Part shown: piece after piece, positions 50,906 to 64,000 of the stretch | Numbering within the stretch: the first letter of the stretch is position 1 | Layout: every line of letters starts with the position of its first letter | NCBI GenBank assembly: GCA_013239625.1 | Contig: MU053065.1 | Span: 1 to 64,000, forward strand | Direction: 5' to 3' | Origin: Lama guanicoe | Lineage: Eukaryota | Length of the DNA stretch: 64,000 nucleotides | Made by a program: the position numbers and the translations under genes | The notes under the pieces: generated by a model | What the model was told of the DNA's origin: nothing | Databases searched by the model: none | Seen by the model: only the letters and a program-made list of their open reading frames with translations

Positions 50906-51984
50906 AAAGCATGTTTCTTACGCGCACGAGATGTAAGATGACACAGCCTGTGGCCGTGGAAAATGACGTGGCTCTAGTTAACACATATAAATAGGAAGGA
51001 TCAGCTCGTAACTTTCACATGGATATAATTTTCCAGAGAATTAATTTTTGGGTCTCAACATTGATCAAATTCGTTTAGAATGTCTGTGTGTGTCTCACAT
51101 GTAATTAAAAATGTGAGTTGGGCAAGAAAACACAAGCCACTTGTTTGGTTCACTTCAAAGTAGCCTTTAATAAATTGCAAGAATTTTGTTTTTTTTTTTT
51201 TGTAAAGGAAGTCAGTCAGGCTAGGTACAAGTTAGAGGGTAAAGATAAAAAATATCACAAGTTAAAAACACCAAATGCCAACACAGAACTGGTAAAAGCC
51301 AGGATGGGCATTATGTTTACTTTTGGTTTTCACATTCAGGAAACAATAACATAAACACTTAGAATCCAGGACAGAAATAGATCACATGGATAGAAGGTTA
51401 AATGAGTTAGAAAAGTAGTTAACAGGTTAGAAACTAGTTAAAGCTAGTCTCTCTATGTCCTTAAAAAGAACAACAAAAACCATTTGGATTTATGTTGCCC
51501 TGGGAAGAGCCACACAGGCCCCTGGAAAAGCCTCCCGACCACCCAGGCTGAGACGGCCACGGCAGCCGCAGCAATCTCACCTCCGTAGCCCCCAGGCATG
51601 GTTCTAAGCTGCCAGGTACTTGGGGTGAGTGAACGAAATCTATTCTCAGAAATCCACAAGCTCTCAGCTGTTCACCATGAAGCGTGATTAGCTACCAGAG
51701 GGTTACTTCCAGTGGAGGGCCTGTCACTACCACACACTTCATCCTGCTTGTCTAAAGCAGCGTGGGACTCCATGCTGAGATGAAGCTAAAAGTCCAGGGT
51801 GAAAATACTTTTTCTGTCAAGCAGAAATCTCAAGCACAATTTTAAAACATGAAAATGGGCTAATAACTCAAGCTGATGCTGGTCAATAAAATGGGTTCTG
51901 AAAATGGCCTTGAACAGATCAAAATCTGTCAAGTTACACAAGACGGTAACACACGACATGGTTGTCAGAAGAGGGATTACTTAC

Positions 51985-52144
51985 GCTGTATGTGAATGAG
52001 CTGCTTTGGCATCTTAAATTCCCCGGGATATATGGACTCGTAGTAAGCAATGTTGCTCTCCGCCTCCGGGACTGGTATAACCATGTTATCCCTCTTCTCA
52101 CCATACACCTGCTGTGCTGAAATAGCCCGCTGAAGATGGTGCTC
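51985..52144 (-). CDS. EPC1: EPC1 exon 2 (160 nt): EHHLQRAISAQQVYGEKRDNMVIPVPEAESNIAYYESIYPGEFKMPKQLIHIQ(P), EPcA domain
   Basis: ttccag|GAGCAC ... ATACAGC|gtaagt; overlaps ORF 51977..52174. Confidence 0.97.
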
Positions 52145-52996
52145 CTGGAAAGAGGGGAGAAGAGATGAGTTCATGTATTAAAAAACTAACAAACAGAACA
52201 CATAGCCTTATGGAAAGGTTTCTGTTCATTAGGCTTTAAAACAGAGGGAGTTTAATCGTCTTGCAAGGATACTAACAATATAATTGGTGATAAAGACATT
52301 TTAAGTAGAAACAAGAAGATTGTTAGTACACTGTATATTTCCTCAATTTAGGAAAAGGTACTCACAGAAATTGAGAGTTAAATTATACAAAAGATCCCCC
52401 AAAGTTCACTAAAACTGTTATTGAAGTTTGCATTTTACAGATGGGACTTAAAAACAGAGTTAAAACATTTGAACTTATTGTATGAAGAAAGTGGGCGATT
52501 TTGTTGATCCTGATTGCTCATTCATACAATGCTGCATAAATGCCGTACAACCAGTGCCACCTTTTCAAAGAAGGGTAGAGACTACTATCTCCATTTTCAG
52601 TTGGTGAAACTGACACAGATTCAAACTTGGTCTTCTGTCTTGAGCAATAACCTTCCTTATGAATTTCCAGAGAAGTAAAGCACAGGATTGAAAGCACAGC
52701 CTTCAGAGTTTGTGGCTCCTGGCAAGACACTTCACTCTTCTGATCTGATTCCTCCAGTAGGAGGAAAACAGAACCTACTTTACAGGCTTGGTTGGAGACT
52801 TAAGTGAGATAAATGTGCACCACATGTTTAGCGTAACGCCTGGCATACAGCAGGTGCTCAACATAAGCTTTGGTTTAGCTGCCACACAGATTTTACCAGT
52901 TTGTACTACCACCAGCTGCCTTAAAAATACCTGTTCTCACTCAGCCCTGTCGTCACTGAATTTTGGTAAACATTTCATTAAATTTAAACTATTTTT

Positions 52997-53099
52997 TATG
53001 AGGTTTATTTATTTAGTTTCTAATGGAGGCACTGGGGACTGAACCCAGGACCTCATGCATGCTGAGCATGTGCTGTGCCACTTAGCTATACCCTCCCCC
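52997..53099 (-). mobile_element. tRNA-Ala-derived SINE
   Basis: SINE body; flanking taaacta repeat. Confidence 0.87.
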
Positions 53100-54479
53100 T
53101 AAACTAATTTTTAAAATACTATATAAAATACAAGTTCAAGGAAACATTTCAACAGTATGAAAACAAAACATTCCGGTCTTCAGAAGTAGCCTGTAATTTT
53201 ATATGTATTATGTATATTCTTTAGTTGTATTCTACTACACAGATGTACCATAACTTATTTAAGCAGACACTAATTGACAGGAGAAAGAACCCTGCCAACA
53301 ACCTAAATGCCTAACCTTTTCCCTAAATGCTGCGAAAACCAGTCCTGTCCTATCACACGCCCATGAAGGCACCTGCAGATGGCAGTGCTCAAGAGGCCTA
53401 CGAGGTCACAACACATATTGCCACCATTCCTTGCGAAAACTTCTCTCTTCAATTGTAAAATCGCCCATCTTGTTATTTTAGGTTAATTTCTTTAAAATTA
53501 GTTTTTCTTCACTGTCTGCTCATCCTCAAAAGTACTGCTTTCCTTTTTCTAACTGATGTTTAAATATGTGGATTATTTCCTCTTTAACATTAAGGAAATT
53601 AACACCCATGTAATAAATTCTCACAAATATCTTCCTGCAGTTTGACTTCTGATCTTTGTTTAGAATATTTGTTCCATGCAGGAAAGTTCTGTTAGTGAGT
53701 TATTAATCTTTCCCTCTATGGTTCTGTCATCCTTAGTAACAGGTGTAAGCTGTATAGTCACAGATAGGGTGTGTAAACAAACCTTCCACTTTGAGAACTC
53801 AGTTTGATCTCTGACTCAGGCTGCTCAGTGGCTCCTGGGAGGACGGCTGAGGCTGTGTCTGCTCCCCCTTCAGCATGGTCTGTCATCCAGTGGACGGTCC
53901 CTTAGTGCCCTGACCCAAGGCGCTGCTGAGCCTGGCTGGGCCTCAGCCCCAGGTGTCCTCTTCTACTCTCAGATACCCTCTAACATCAAAGGAGGTTTCC
54001 TGGGACCTATGCCTCCTGCTTACAGGAAACTCAAGGAGGGGGTGGGGAAGCTGCACATTAGCCTCCACTTGCATTTTGTTCTTAACCTATTAGCATGTCT
54101 CTGTGTAGGTGTATATGTGAGAGACGGCTTATCTTTTTATTTTTTTGTATAAGCAGAGATAGCAAGTCACCTGTCCTAATGTCACGTATAAAATCACCTA
54201 TTCCCTTAATGAGTAAAAACGTGCCTTTATCGTAAGTTACACTTAGGAGTACTTCCAAGCTCTTTTTCCCTATCCCACTCAACTGCCTCCTACGCGAGTA
54301 TTTAATGTGTTTTTAAAAGCAAAGCCTCATACTACATTTTATTGTCTGGTGCTTACTAGATACTAAATTCACTCCTACAATTCTTCAGAAATTTCCTGGC
54401 CATCTCATTTATTCTTCTAGACGAACCACAATGAAAACTACTTTCTGGGTGTGACATGTTTTGATTCTTACAGATACCA

Positions 54480-54680
54480 GAATGTGGTTAAGAACATGGA
54501 TCTGTAACCAGGAGGGCTCCGGATCTGAATGCTGGCTCCACGATTTACCAGCTCTATGATTTGGGACAAGATATTTACATCAGTATGTTTTGTTACCTAT
54601 AAACGTGCATCGTGTACCTACCACGTGGAACCGTGGTTAAGATAAAGTGCCCGAGACACACTAACTACTGAAAACATGGT
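54480..54680 (+). mobile_element. MIR SINE
   Basis: gtggttaagaacatggatctg...ctgaatgctggctccacgatttaccagctctatgatttgggacaag. Confidence 0.65.
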
Positions 54681-57300
54681 AGCAAACGTGCACCTCTCAT
54701 CATCAGAGCCTCTGCAGAGCTCTCCACGTGCTTGGTACCAAACACATTTCCTGCAGTGTTTTAACACTGCTCTGCAGAATGATTTTCCCTTATGTTTATA
54801 TCCATTTTCCCATAATTGTGAAATCAAATTTTTGTCTATCAATATTGCAGTAAATACTTACTGCTTAAAAAAAATCTTACGTGTGGTCTTATGTGTGGGC
54901 TTTTTGTTTCATTAAATATTTGACACAATTTCCTCATATTGAAACTAAGGACCCAAGATGTATGTAATATACAGCAAATGTGGTTAAGTTCTTCTAAAGT
55001 CTTAAAAATCATTCCTCAGTAACTAGTGTGTAACTGTAACCGTACAGGGTCCTATTTACCGTCTCCCCTCATCCAGACAAGGACTCAGAGGTGGAAGGAG
55101 AGCGCCCAGAGGAGCCAGGGCAGCTGGAACCTGCTGGTGAGGGGACCTGGGGTCAGAACCAAATCACACAGTCACAGGGCATGTGAAGGAGCTGTCCTGG
55201 TACTAACAGTAATAGCGCCGAAGAGTGAAAGATCACCCTGGTTGCTGTGTAGAAAATGGACCACATTCTACAAAATGGAATATGCATAGCCTTTAAATGG
55301 TTCAGAATAATATTTAATGAAATGCGAAAAAAATCATCTTATTAGGTAGGAAGATCTGAAAACTGTATGTTCAAGATACTTGTGTTTTAATGTTTTTTTA
55401 AAAGAGAAAGACATAATTGAGCATACGCATAGACAGGAAAAAGTCTGCAAGAAGCTGACCACATGAGTCACAGTCCTTCCCTCTACACTCCTTCATTCCT
55501 TCCCTGTTCATTCATTCCCCGTCTTGTCAACACTTGTTTGTTTCCTGTTGTCACCTCTTCCTCCCCACCCCAATCTAAGCATCGTGAGGGCAGAGATTTC
55601 TGTCTGTTTTGTTCACTGCTAAATAAATAGCCACTGGAAAACAGTGCTGGGCACAAAGCTTAGTCCTTAAATACCTGTGGAATAAGTGGATCTATATGCA
55701 TGTATCTGTGTATGTACGCGTACACACAGACAGAGAGCACAAGATGCATCAAGTTTCAAAGTCTGTACACCAGTTAACAGATCACCTCCAGTGGTACAAT
55801 TTTGAAATGCTCTTCTATAATTTTCTTTATTTCCCTTAGTTTCTAAAACGTAGTTGCAGTTTTTTGACAAAAAATATGAGTGCATTTCACTAAGTGATTT
55901 CCTAAAATAAAGGTAATTTCTAAAAGACACTGTTTATTTAGTTCAGTAAAACCCTTCCCATTTAAGTCAGTTCAAGAGTAAAACATGCTTGCAGCTTTCC
56001 AGGTAAACCCCAAACTATATAAATCTATTTCTAAGAAGCAGAGCGTTAAGTTATAAATGATAATGAGGCCTCTGCTTTGAGTAGAGATGTAAAATGATGA
56101 AGCCAAGTTAATACATGAAACAAATTAGAATAAGATGAGCTATGAATTAAATTCAGTAATTATTTACTGAATGCCTTAACTAAATGGCTAAGATGATCCA
56201 ACCTTACATTACAATTACACAAAAAGTTAGCTGTTCCCTGAAGATAATAGCTGTCAATGAAATCTTTAAATAAACCTACTTGCAGCACTGAGTAAGCCAG
56301 CCTTCCCAACCTTTGTCACTGAAATACTTCACTTCAAATTATCAACAGGTAGTCCAATACTGAGTTTGACAGTTAAAACAAAAACAGAGAGAGAGAGAAC
56401 TCTGGATTTTAAACTTAAGGACTGAAAGCGTCTGACATGTTAATGTAAACTGTGGTTGCTCTTAAGGGAGGGTACAGTCGTTCCAAACCTGTGACCACAG
56501 AATCCTTTTTTCAGAAAATGTCTAGTAAGAGCTCACGGAGGACTTCTGTAACATGGTTTGGGAGATGCTGGTGGAGAACAACTGGAGATACAGAGCAGGA
56601 CACGGGGCTCGAGTCTGCTCACTAGCGAACGCTGCCCGTGGTTACCGAGTGCCGACCGCGGGCCTGGCCTGGGAACACGACGGTAACTGCCACAAGCCTG
56701 CTTCCTGCCACTGCAGCAGGGAGGACGGACACTAATAAAACCTGTCCTAAAAATAAACTGTGAAGTGTGATAGTGCTATAAAGGAAAAGGACAATGTGTT
56801 ACAGGAAATATTCACCGGCGAGGGGTTGACTGCAGGGACAGCATCGCTCTCACTAGCACAGTGACCTTTAAACTAAGAGCTGCAGGAATGGGAGTTAGAA
56901 GATTATTTTAAGAAAAGGGAAGGGCTATGTTTGAAGACCACTGGCCAGTCTGACATCTAGGGTGGGTAAAGTTTCTTTATACTGTACAGTATTTATAATA
57001 ATTAGGCCCAGTTGCAATTTAAGAGTTAATCACCAAAACACCACAAAGAATTCCACTTTTTTATAAAATAACAGAGGCACACCCTCTCAAATAAATCTGA
57101 TCTTACAGGAAACAAAGTAAATAAAATTAAATAAAGAATTCTTTAATGTTCAATCTTACATTAAAATAGGATCAGATGAACCATGACATGACTATGCAAA
57201 TAACTTTTAAAAGCCTCTTGCACTACAAGTAATTATAGATGATGTTCTCTATACACAGCAATGTAAACAGTAAAAAAGGGGATCAGAAAAGACTGAAGAA

Positions 57301-57460
57301 GGGGGGAGGGTATATAGCTCAAGTGGTAGAGCACATGCTTACCATGCACAAGGTCTGGGTTCAATCCCGGTACCCCTTCTAAAACTAAGCAAATAAATAA
57401 ACCTAATTACCTCCCCCCTCCCGGCCAAAAAACAAAAACAAAAGCAAGTATATAAAAGAC
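57301..57460 (+). mobile_element. tRNA-Ala-derived SINE
   Basis: ggggggagggtatatagctcaagtggtagagc...; TSD aagactgaaga at 57289-57299 and 57461-57471. Confidence 0.92.
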
Positions 57461-59229
57461 AAGACTGAAGAGTGACCTCCAGAAAGTTCAGAGGCACACT
57501 TTCACGTCTCCGTGAGCCCTGCGGTCGTGGCCCTGGGCCCGGAACGTTCACTCCCGTCACCTCAGCTTGCCTCTTGCGTCGGAAGAGCAGGGGCTTTGGA
57601 GACAGAGGACCAAGTAAGAATCTCAGCTTCCTCATCAGAGCAGAAGTCTCGCAAGTCACTCTGCTGCTTATTTTTATTATTTGTGATACATATATACTTA
57701 TATCTTTCTTCTTACCCATCTTTCCTTTTCATCTCTCCAGCAGTTAATCTTCTTTCTTTTACTTTCCTCTTTTTAATTTTTGCTTACCCCTAGAAAAATT
57801 TTTGCCTTTTCAGATGGCTTTCACTGGTCTCTTTGCTAAATGTATCGGTAGTTAATTTTAAATGTATTAGTAGTTAATGCAAATTGGTTAACTGGTTATA
57901 AACAGGGCATATCACTTATACTTGGGCAGTCAGAAATACAGTTTTCTTGATTAAGAGTGACACGCCTATCTGTAGGTGAGACCCACCTGAAGGGACAGTT
58001 CTGTGTGTCTTAAACACCTGTTCTGTGCCTCTGTTCACGGGGGGGGGGCACCACTCACCATGCGCCTCCCACCTGCCCCTCCAAGTTTCTACTTGTTCTT
58101 CAAAGTCTGGTTTGAGATGATCGTCCCGCCGCCCCTTCCCCCGCCGCCAAGCAGCGCTGCCCCCTCACCTGTGCGTTTAGTCTCTGCTTCAGCTTTGTTG
58201 TACTCGCGTGTTTGTTTACACACTCATCTCCAAAATGTGAGCTCCTTAAAATTAGATGCTACATCTAACTAACTTTTGTATCTTTTCCTTTAAAAGATGA
58301 ATTCTCTCGTAGTTATCAGGGGACTCCAGATTCTTTTAAGGATGAGGACTAAAGATTATCTTTGTAATCTACCCCACATCTGGTACTATATGGCAGATAC
58401 TCAGTATCTTATCAAGTATCACTATAGAAAAATGAGAAGGATAAGTCTAAACAAAACGCGTGAAAAAAATGAAGAATGTACTTCCACCTGCTCTATAGTA
58501 AGTTCTAATAAATATTACCAAGGCAGAAAGAGCTATTCAAGGTAACATTGTGCAAACTCCTAGACAAAGATTAAATTATATTCACTTATTCATTAAATAT
58601 TTATTTAAGCAAATACTGACCTTAACACTTAGCCATAACAACTAAGACCACATTTAGAATTAAAAACAGCTCATTAAAAGCAACCATATTGTGTAAGATT
58701 ACTTCAGTGATGCCTAATTTGTAAAAAGCTACTTAAGCAGTTTAAGCCCTGATGATTGATGCACGTAGGGCTTGACTCCACTGCCACGGGAACAAAGGGA
58801 TGAGTGAACGACTTCCTCTCCTCTTTCTAACGGCATTTCTAAGAACCGAGCGTCGATGCCTGTTCAGAACACCGCTCCACACGCACCCCAAGCTCTCTTG
58901 TAGACCCCCACCTTCACCCGGCTCATCACTGCAGCCCCCCAGCTGGCTGCCCTGCTCCCACTCCTGTCTCTGCATGGAGCAGCCTGGTCATCTGTTGATA
59001 CACAAGTCAGACCACGCCATCCTTCCATTCAGAGGACTCCAGTCACCTCCCACCTCACCAGAATAAAAGCAAAGTTCTTAAAGCTGCTCACAAGGCCCCC
59101 TCCTTTCCTTGCTTCCTCTCCTGTGTCATTTCCTCTCCTCTCCACCCCTCTGCTCTGCTCACACTAGAGTCCGTGTTCTTTGTCACACTGTCACCTTCTT
59201 CAAGTCCTCGTGTACAAGTAACCTTTGCA

Positions 59230-60140
59230 GACAAACTACAATGAGCGGCTACAATGGGGTACGGCGGTAAGGACCCGAACACACCGTCAGGCAGGAAGAG
59301 GAGCGGCAGGTCTTCCCGGAAAACGCGCACATCCACGTGGCCTGGCAACCCCGCTCCGAGGCAGCTATCCAAGAGAGATGAAAACACAGGCCCATAGAGA
59401 GATTTGGACAAGAATGTTCACATAGTTCCAGTCACAACAGCCCCAGAGAGGAAACAACCAAATGTCCATCATCAGGTCGGATGAGCAAACCAGTTTAGTG
59501 ACACGAGGGAATACTACTCAGCGGCAAAAAGGAGCCAGCGATCTATACACACAAGCAAACAGCAAAAAACCCTGGGGTGAGGAAAAACAGCTCTGCACGA
59601 GAGTCCACACTCTTTGAGTCCATTAATGTGAAGTTTCAAAACAAGCAAATTCATCTATGGTAAGAAAAAAAAACCAGAACAGTAGCTGTCTTGCAGGAGG
59701 GGCAAGGATGGCTGGGAGGGGAATGGGGGAATTTTCTGGGGTGGTGTAATCATGTTCACTACCTCAGTGGGGGTTGGGTTATACAAGTACACGAAGTTGT
59801 CAAAATTCAGCTAATATGTACTAAATATTTGCGAATTCCGTTGCATGTAAATTTTACCTGAAAAGAAAAAAAAACAGTAAACGAATACTACACTCTAGTT
59901 AATGATACGTACACTGAAGTACTTAGGGAAGCATGCCCTGATACTTGTAGTTCACTTTGAAACGCATCGGAAATGAAGACGGACTGACAGGTGAGGGGCT
60001 GACAGACAGACAGGTGGACACGTGTGACAAGGCAGGTGGAGGACAATAACGGTTCGATCTGGCTCCTGGCTACACGGCAGATCACCGCAAAACTCCTGAC
60101 CTCACTGTACATTTGATATTTTTCATAATAAAATGTTGCA
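59230..60140 (+). mobile_element. Ancient L1M 3' end (GC-shifted in its 5' part)
   Basis: tatccaagagagatgaaaaca...gaaacaaccaaatgtccatc...ggaatactactcagcggcaaaaagg...gcatgtaaattttacct. Confidence 0.75.
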
Positions 60141-60149
60141 AAAAATATG

Positions 60150-60365
60150 GAATCTCTCCCCCTCGACCCCACTCTATCCTGTACCCTGCTTCATTTTGCT
60201 GGGCAGACTACTGAATTTCTTCATCGCTTTATTCATTGTCTGGCTCTTCTCCCCAGAATATGAGATTTATGAATGTAGGAATTTGTTTTTTGCTTTGTTT
60301 ACTCCAGGTCTAGAATTGTGCTTAACACATACAAGTATCCAGTAAATACTTGTTGAATGAGCCAG
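60150..60365 (+). mobile_element. L2 3' end
   Basis: ctagaattgtgcttaacacatacaagtatccagtaaatacttgttgaatga. Confidence 0.65.
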
Positions 60366-62499
60366 TGAAATTTTACCAGTTATTTGAGGTCCACAAATTG
60401 TTCTGGCTTGGAAGAGACGTCATTAAAAAGTAAGATTAAATTTCATAAAAGCAAAAAAAATTTAACACAAATACATTTTGCTTTTGTATTTAAAACACTA
60501 AGGGTGAACAGCTGAAGACTGATTAGACTATTTGGCAAGAAAAAGAGCAATTCGATACTTAGATTTTCTACATGAAATAAATGGTAGAAAAGTCTCTCTG
60601 TGGCCTTCTACTCCTCCCACTTAACTCGGTGCTCTGAAGTCTTATTTCCAGAGTGTGAAACAGTAAAGGAAGTCCTTTGCTAAGGTAGAGTTCAAACAGT
60701 CCAGCCTTGTTATTTCTCTTCAGTGTGAAGTATCTGTCACTTCAGTACTTTTCCTTATAAAATATTCAGGACCGCAAGTTACTAAGCCGCACGGGGAAGG
60801 CAGCCGTCAGCTAAACGGCATCTACTTTGAGCCCTGCCTCCGCCCGCCCTGGGTCAGTGCCCCCACATCCTGGAGCCGGGGCTGCTGGGGCCGCATTTTT
60901 GAGAGCCAGGCAGCACCATGGGGGAGGGACTAAAATTAGTTTCTTTCTTCCTTCACAGAAGATACAATCTGATCAGAATATTTCCCTAAAAATTAAACCT
61001 AAAACGCTCAACAAGCCCTCACTTCCGTCTGCCGTCTCCAGCTGAGCATCTCCCCACCGCCAGTGCACCCCCAGGAGCGGGCTGTCTGCCATCGCCTGGT
61101 GCCTTGTAACCCATGCAGTCACTTAAAATGCAAATGACGGCTCTCCTTCTGGGGGTCAGCACCCTAAAGCAACAGCAGCGAATACGCTGAACATCTAGTT
61201 CCAACTTGTCTAAAACTAAGCACGTTTATGTGATCGAATACCAGCGCTTGGTCATTGGGTCCTTGTATGTACTCACTCCTGCGACGTCACCACCTCCACC
61301 ACCACCTGTATGCTGACGACGAGACTCCATCTTCCTCTCCCGCCCAGATTTCTGCTAACGTCAGGCACACGTGTAAAGACCTCTTCCTGCACGTCCCCCT
61401 GACATGCAAGACGTCAGCCTCCCTCCTCACGCAGCGTTGATTTCAGGAACCACGACACCGCACATCCAGGTCACCGGGTCAGAAGCCCTGACTTTCCCGC
61501 TCGCTTCTGCTTCCTACTCTCCCATTTCCAGATCAGGCACCAGGCCTTTAGATGTTACTCACGTTCAGTCTAGGAGGTACTCGGAGCCTTCCCACCCGCT
61601 ATTACGGTTCAGGCTGTGACAGCCTCCTTCCCTCCATTCCCTTCGACAGCTCCTGCCAGTGGTCCTTCTACAAGAGGGTGGTCCCAACACTCCCACTCCG
61701 CCCTGGCTCCCCCTGCCTTCGTGACGATGTGCAGACTTCTGGGCGCGGCCAGCAGGCCCCTCAGTGATCCAGCTCTAGCTAACTCTGCCGGTCCACACCT
61801 CACCATGCCGATTCCACACCCCAGCCGCAGGGAGCATCCAACAGAGCTTTCTAGAAACCCCTACACGAAACGCTCTACATGTGATTTATAATTCCACTAG
61901 GATGTCCGCCCCTCTTTTTAAAAGTCTCACCAGTTATGTAACACTCACCACAGCAACACCGAAAACAGGTACAGGAAACAGGTACAGGTGGCTTTTACAA
62001 TGTCTATCTCACACAGATTCAGTTAAGCTCTTTGTGAAATCGAGCAACTCCAAACTCAAAAAAAGGCCTCCTGATGGGGGTTCACCCCTAAGCCACCTGC
62101 CTCGCACACACCAGAAGGGGCAGGGAAGAACACCCAGAGAGAGAGCAGGCTCCCTGAGGAGGCTCTCCAAAACGCACTCACCTTGGACAAAGCATCTCCT
62201 TGGAAGAAATGATCCTGTGAAGTCTTTTTTAGCTTTATAAAGTCGTAGACCTTATTGGTAAGCTTATTAATTCATATTTCCAGAACTAAAATAATAGCTA
62301 ACACATGCTAAGCAAATATTTATTTCATGCCAGGGCTGAGCTTCACACCTTATTCCATTATTTCCTTTAAAGCCCACATACATGTGTATTCTCTACTTCA
62401 CAGTTAGTAAACTTGCCTAGGTTCATACAGGCAGCTGGATTCAAACTCAGCTGTGACTTGAGTATAAGCCACTATATCAACTCTCAAAAGGGTGTAGAC

Positions 62500-62996
62500 C
62501 CCCAGATTGCTTATCAGGGGAAAACCAGCAACTCTACAGTGGAGGGACTGGGCCCCAGCTTGACTGGGTGATCGGAATGAACACTTCCAATGAGGGGCAG
62601 ACAGATACGCATGCCTCTAGATGTGATGCCACGAGAATGCAACACCTCACGGAATGTGTTAGCCGGGAATGCAACACCTGAATCTAACTGAGAAAACACC
62701 AGACAAACCCAAAATGGGATCACCCTACTTAAAAAAAAAAAATTAAAGGGACTCTAATCTTCAAAAATGTCTATACCATAAAAGATCAAACACTCACTGA
62801 AATATCTGGGTGTAAAGGGCCATGACACAGGGAACTTAATCTCAAATGGTTTAGAAAAAACCCATGCGTGTGCAGGACAGGAAGGGTGTGTGGAAAAACA
62901 AAGCAAACGGGACACAATGTTAACACTGAGTGTACGGAAGGGTGTACTCCTCTTTTTCTTGCAACTTTTCTGTAAGTTTGAAATTATTTCTAAATA
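62500..62996 (+). mobile_element. Ancient L1MC-type 3'UTR
   Basis: ctctacagtggaggga...cctgaatctaactgagaaaacaccagacaaaccc...ttcttgcaacttttctgtaagtttgaaattatttctaaata. Confidence 0.65.
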
Positions 62997-63208
62997 CAGC
63001 TGACCCTCGAACAAAGCAGCAGTTAGGAGCACTGAGCCCCATCAGTCCAAAGTCCAGGTGTAAGCTGACAGTGGGCTCTCTTCACCTGTGGTTCTGCACC
63101 TACGGATTCAACTGACCGCAGAGCCGCAGCGCTGTGGTTTTTACAGAAAAAAATCCGAGTGTGAGTGGGCCCACACAGCTCAAACCTGTGTTGTTCAAGG
63201 GTCAACTG
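62997..63208 (-). mobile_element. Tigger2-family (TcMar-Tigger) MITE
   Basis: Terminal inverted repeats cagctgaccctcgaacaa / ttgttcaagggtcaactg; TA on the left; ~212 bp. Confidence 0.8.
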
Positions 63209-63210
63209 CA

Positions 63211-63232
63211 ATATATATATATATATATATAT
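63211..63232. repeat. (TA)n microsatellite
   Basis: atatatatatatatatatatat directly after the MITE. Confidence 0.95.
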
Positions 63233-64000
63233 TTTAAAGCTAAAGGAAATTGAAGGGAAGAACAAGTAGACTCCGTAAGCAAGAGGAAGAGATGGACGCT
63301 CTTCTTCCAGGATTGCTGCCAAGTTCCCGCCGTCTCCACAAGCCAGGGAAAGTTCTGGTTCTTAATCTCCTCATCTAAAGCAGACAGCCTCAGAATACCT
63401 TCTACTGAGCAGTAGTTCTAGGGGCATAATTAGGTGTTATGTGAGGGGTTCCATGATTACATCATTTTAGGGCATGAAGAGGCAGTAACAGACAACGCTG
63501 GGCAGTTTCCTTACAGAAATATCCTCAGCAATCTCACATTTGCCAAAACGCACAGTGATTTCCCAAATGAACAACACACAAGTCAGCATTTCCCAATTAT
63601 GCACTGACCACTGTTAGTGCGGTTTATATAAATGTTTGGTGGGCCAAGTCTTTAATTTTCAGTATTAAAAAGGTAAGCATTAAAATAAAGCTGTAACGTT
63701 AAACTGTGACAGATAAAAACCATTCTCTTCTACAATAATATCTTATCAGTCTGGGTAAACATAACCTCCTGACTCCACTGTTCAACTCACAGTGAGGTAT
63801 TTTCTTTTCACTAAGTTTATTTTTAAAAAGGAGGGCAGCATTAAGACTATGAAAGCTCGGACAACAGACCCCCGTGCACAGACAATAAAGCGGATCAGGT
63901 GCTGGCAGACCGTAGCCCAAGGGGACAGACCCGGTCCGCCTGCTCTGGAAACAGCTGTATTAAAAGACAGCCACACTGGCTCCTCTCCTACCGTCCGCGG

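Larger units (their letters stand above)
24330..64000 (-). other. EPC1: EPC1 gene body (exons 2-15 and part of intron 1; exon 1 and promoter lie beyond the right edge)
   Basis: Spliced translation of 13 exons matches EPC1 as recalled (EHHLQRAISAQQVYG...ADNTVAMEVT*). All boundaries are GT-AG with matching phases. The N-terminal MSKLSFRARALD exon was not found in the window. Confidence 0.97.

Noticed and set aside
36429..57460. Five of six intragenic SINEs lie in the EPC1 sense orientation
   Set aside because: Sample too small to distinguish from chance.
52145..64000. Search for EPC1 exon 1 or promoter
   Set aside because: No MSKLSFRARALD-coding sequence or promoter-scale CpG island was seen; the region is intron 1.

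Overview
Mammalian genomic DNA, most likely a camelid (alpaca/llama/camel), judged from about a dozen tRNA-Ala(AGC)-derived SINEs of the Vic-1 type. The right ~40 kb holds the EPC1 gene (Enhancer of polycomb homolog 1, NuA4/TIP60 scaffold) on the minus strand. Coding exons 2-11 and 13-15 were read with canonical GT-AG boundaries and consistent phases. With a 153-nt exon 1 (size recalled from human; it lies beyond the right edge) they sum to an 813-aa protein. The 3'UTR ends near 24330. The left ~24 kb is intergenic, repeat-rich (L1, L2, MIR, MaLR/ERV LTRs, MER3/MER5 DNA transposons, SINEs) and contains an orphan CpG island at ~11-12.4 kb. I found no novel multi-gene system. The most interesting signals are: (1) a localized AT-to-GC rewrite of EPC1 exons 6-9, with many amino-acid changes next to a GC-rich minisatellite and assembly gap, suggesting GC-biased gene conversion; (2) the alternative exon 12 homolog is 86 nt and frameshifted at its CAG acceptor but in frame at a GAG 2 nt downstream; (3) several candidate cryptic, poison or micro exons in the repeat-poor intron 10; (4) nested retrotransposon insertions with visible target-site duplications. 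Comparisons with human EPC1 and with repeat consensuses are from memory and need alignment.
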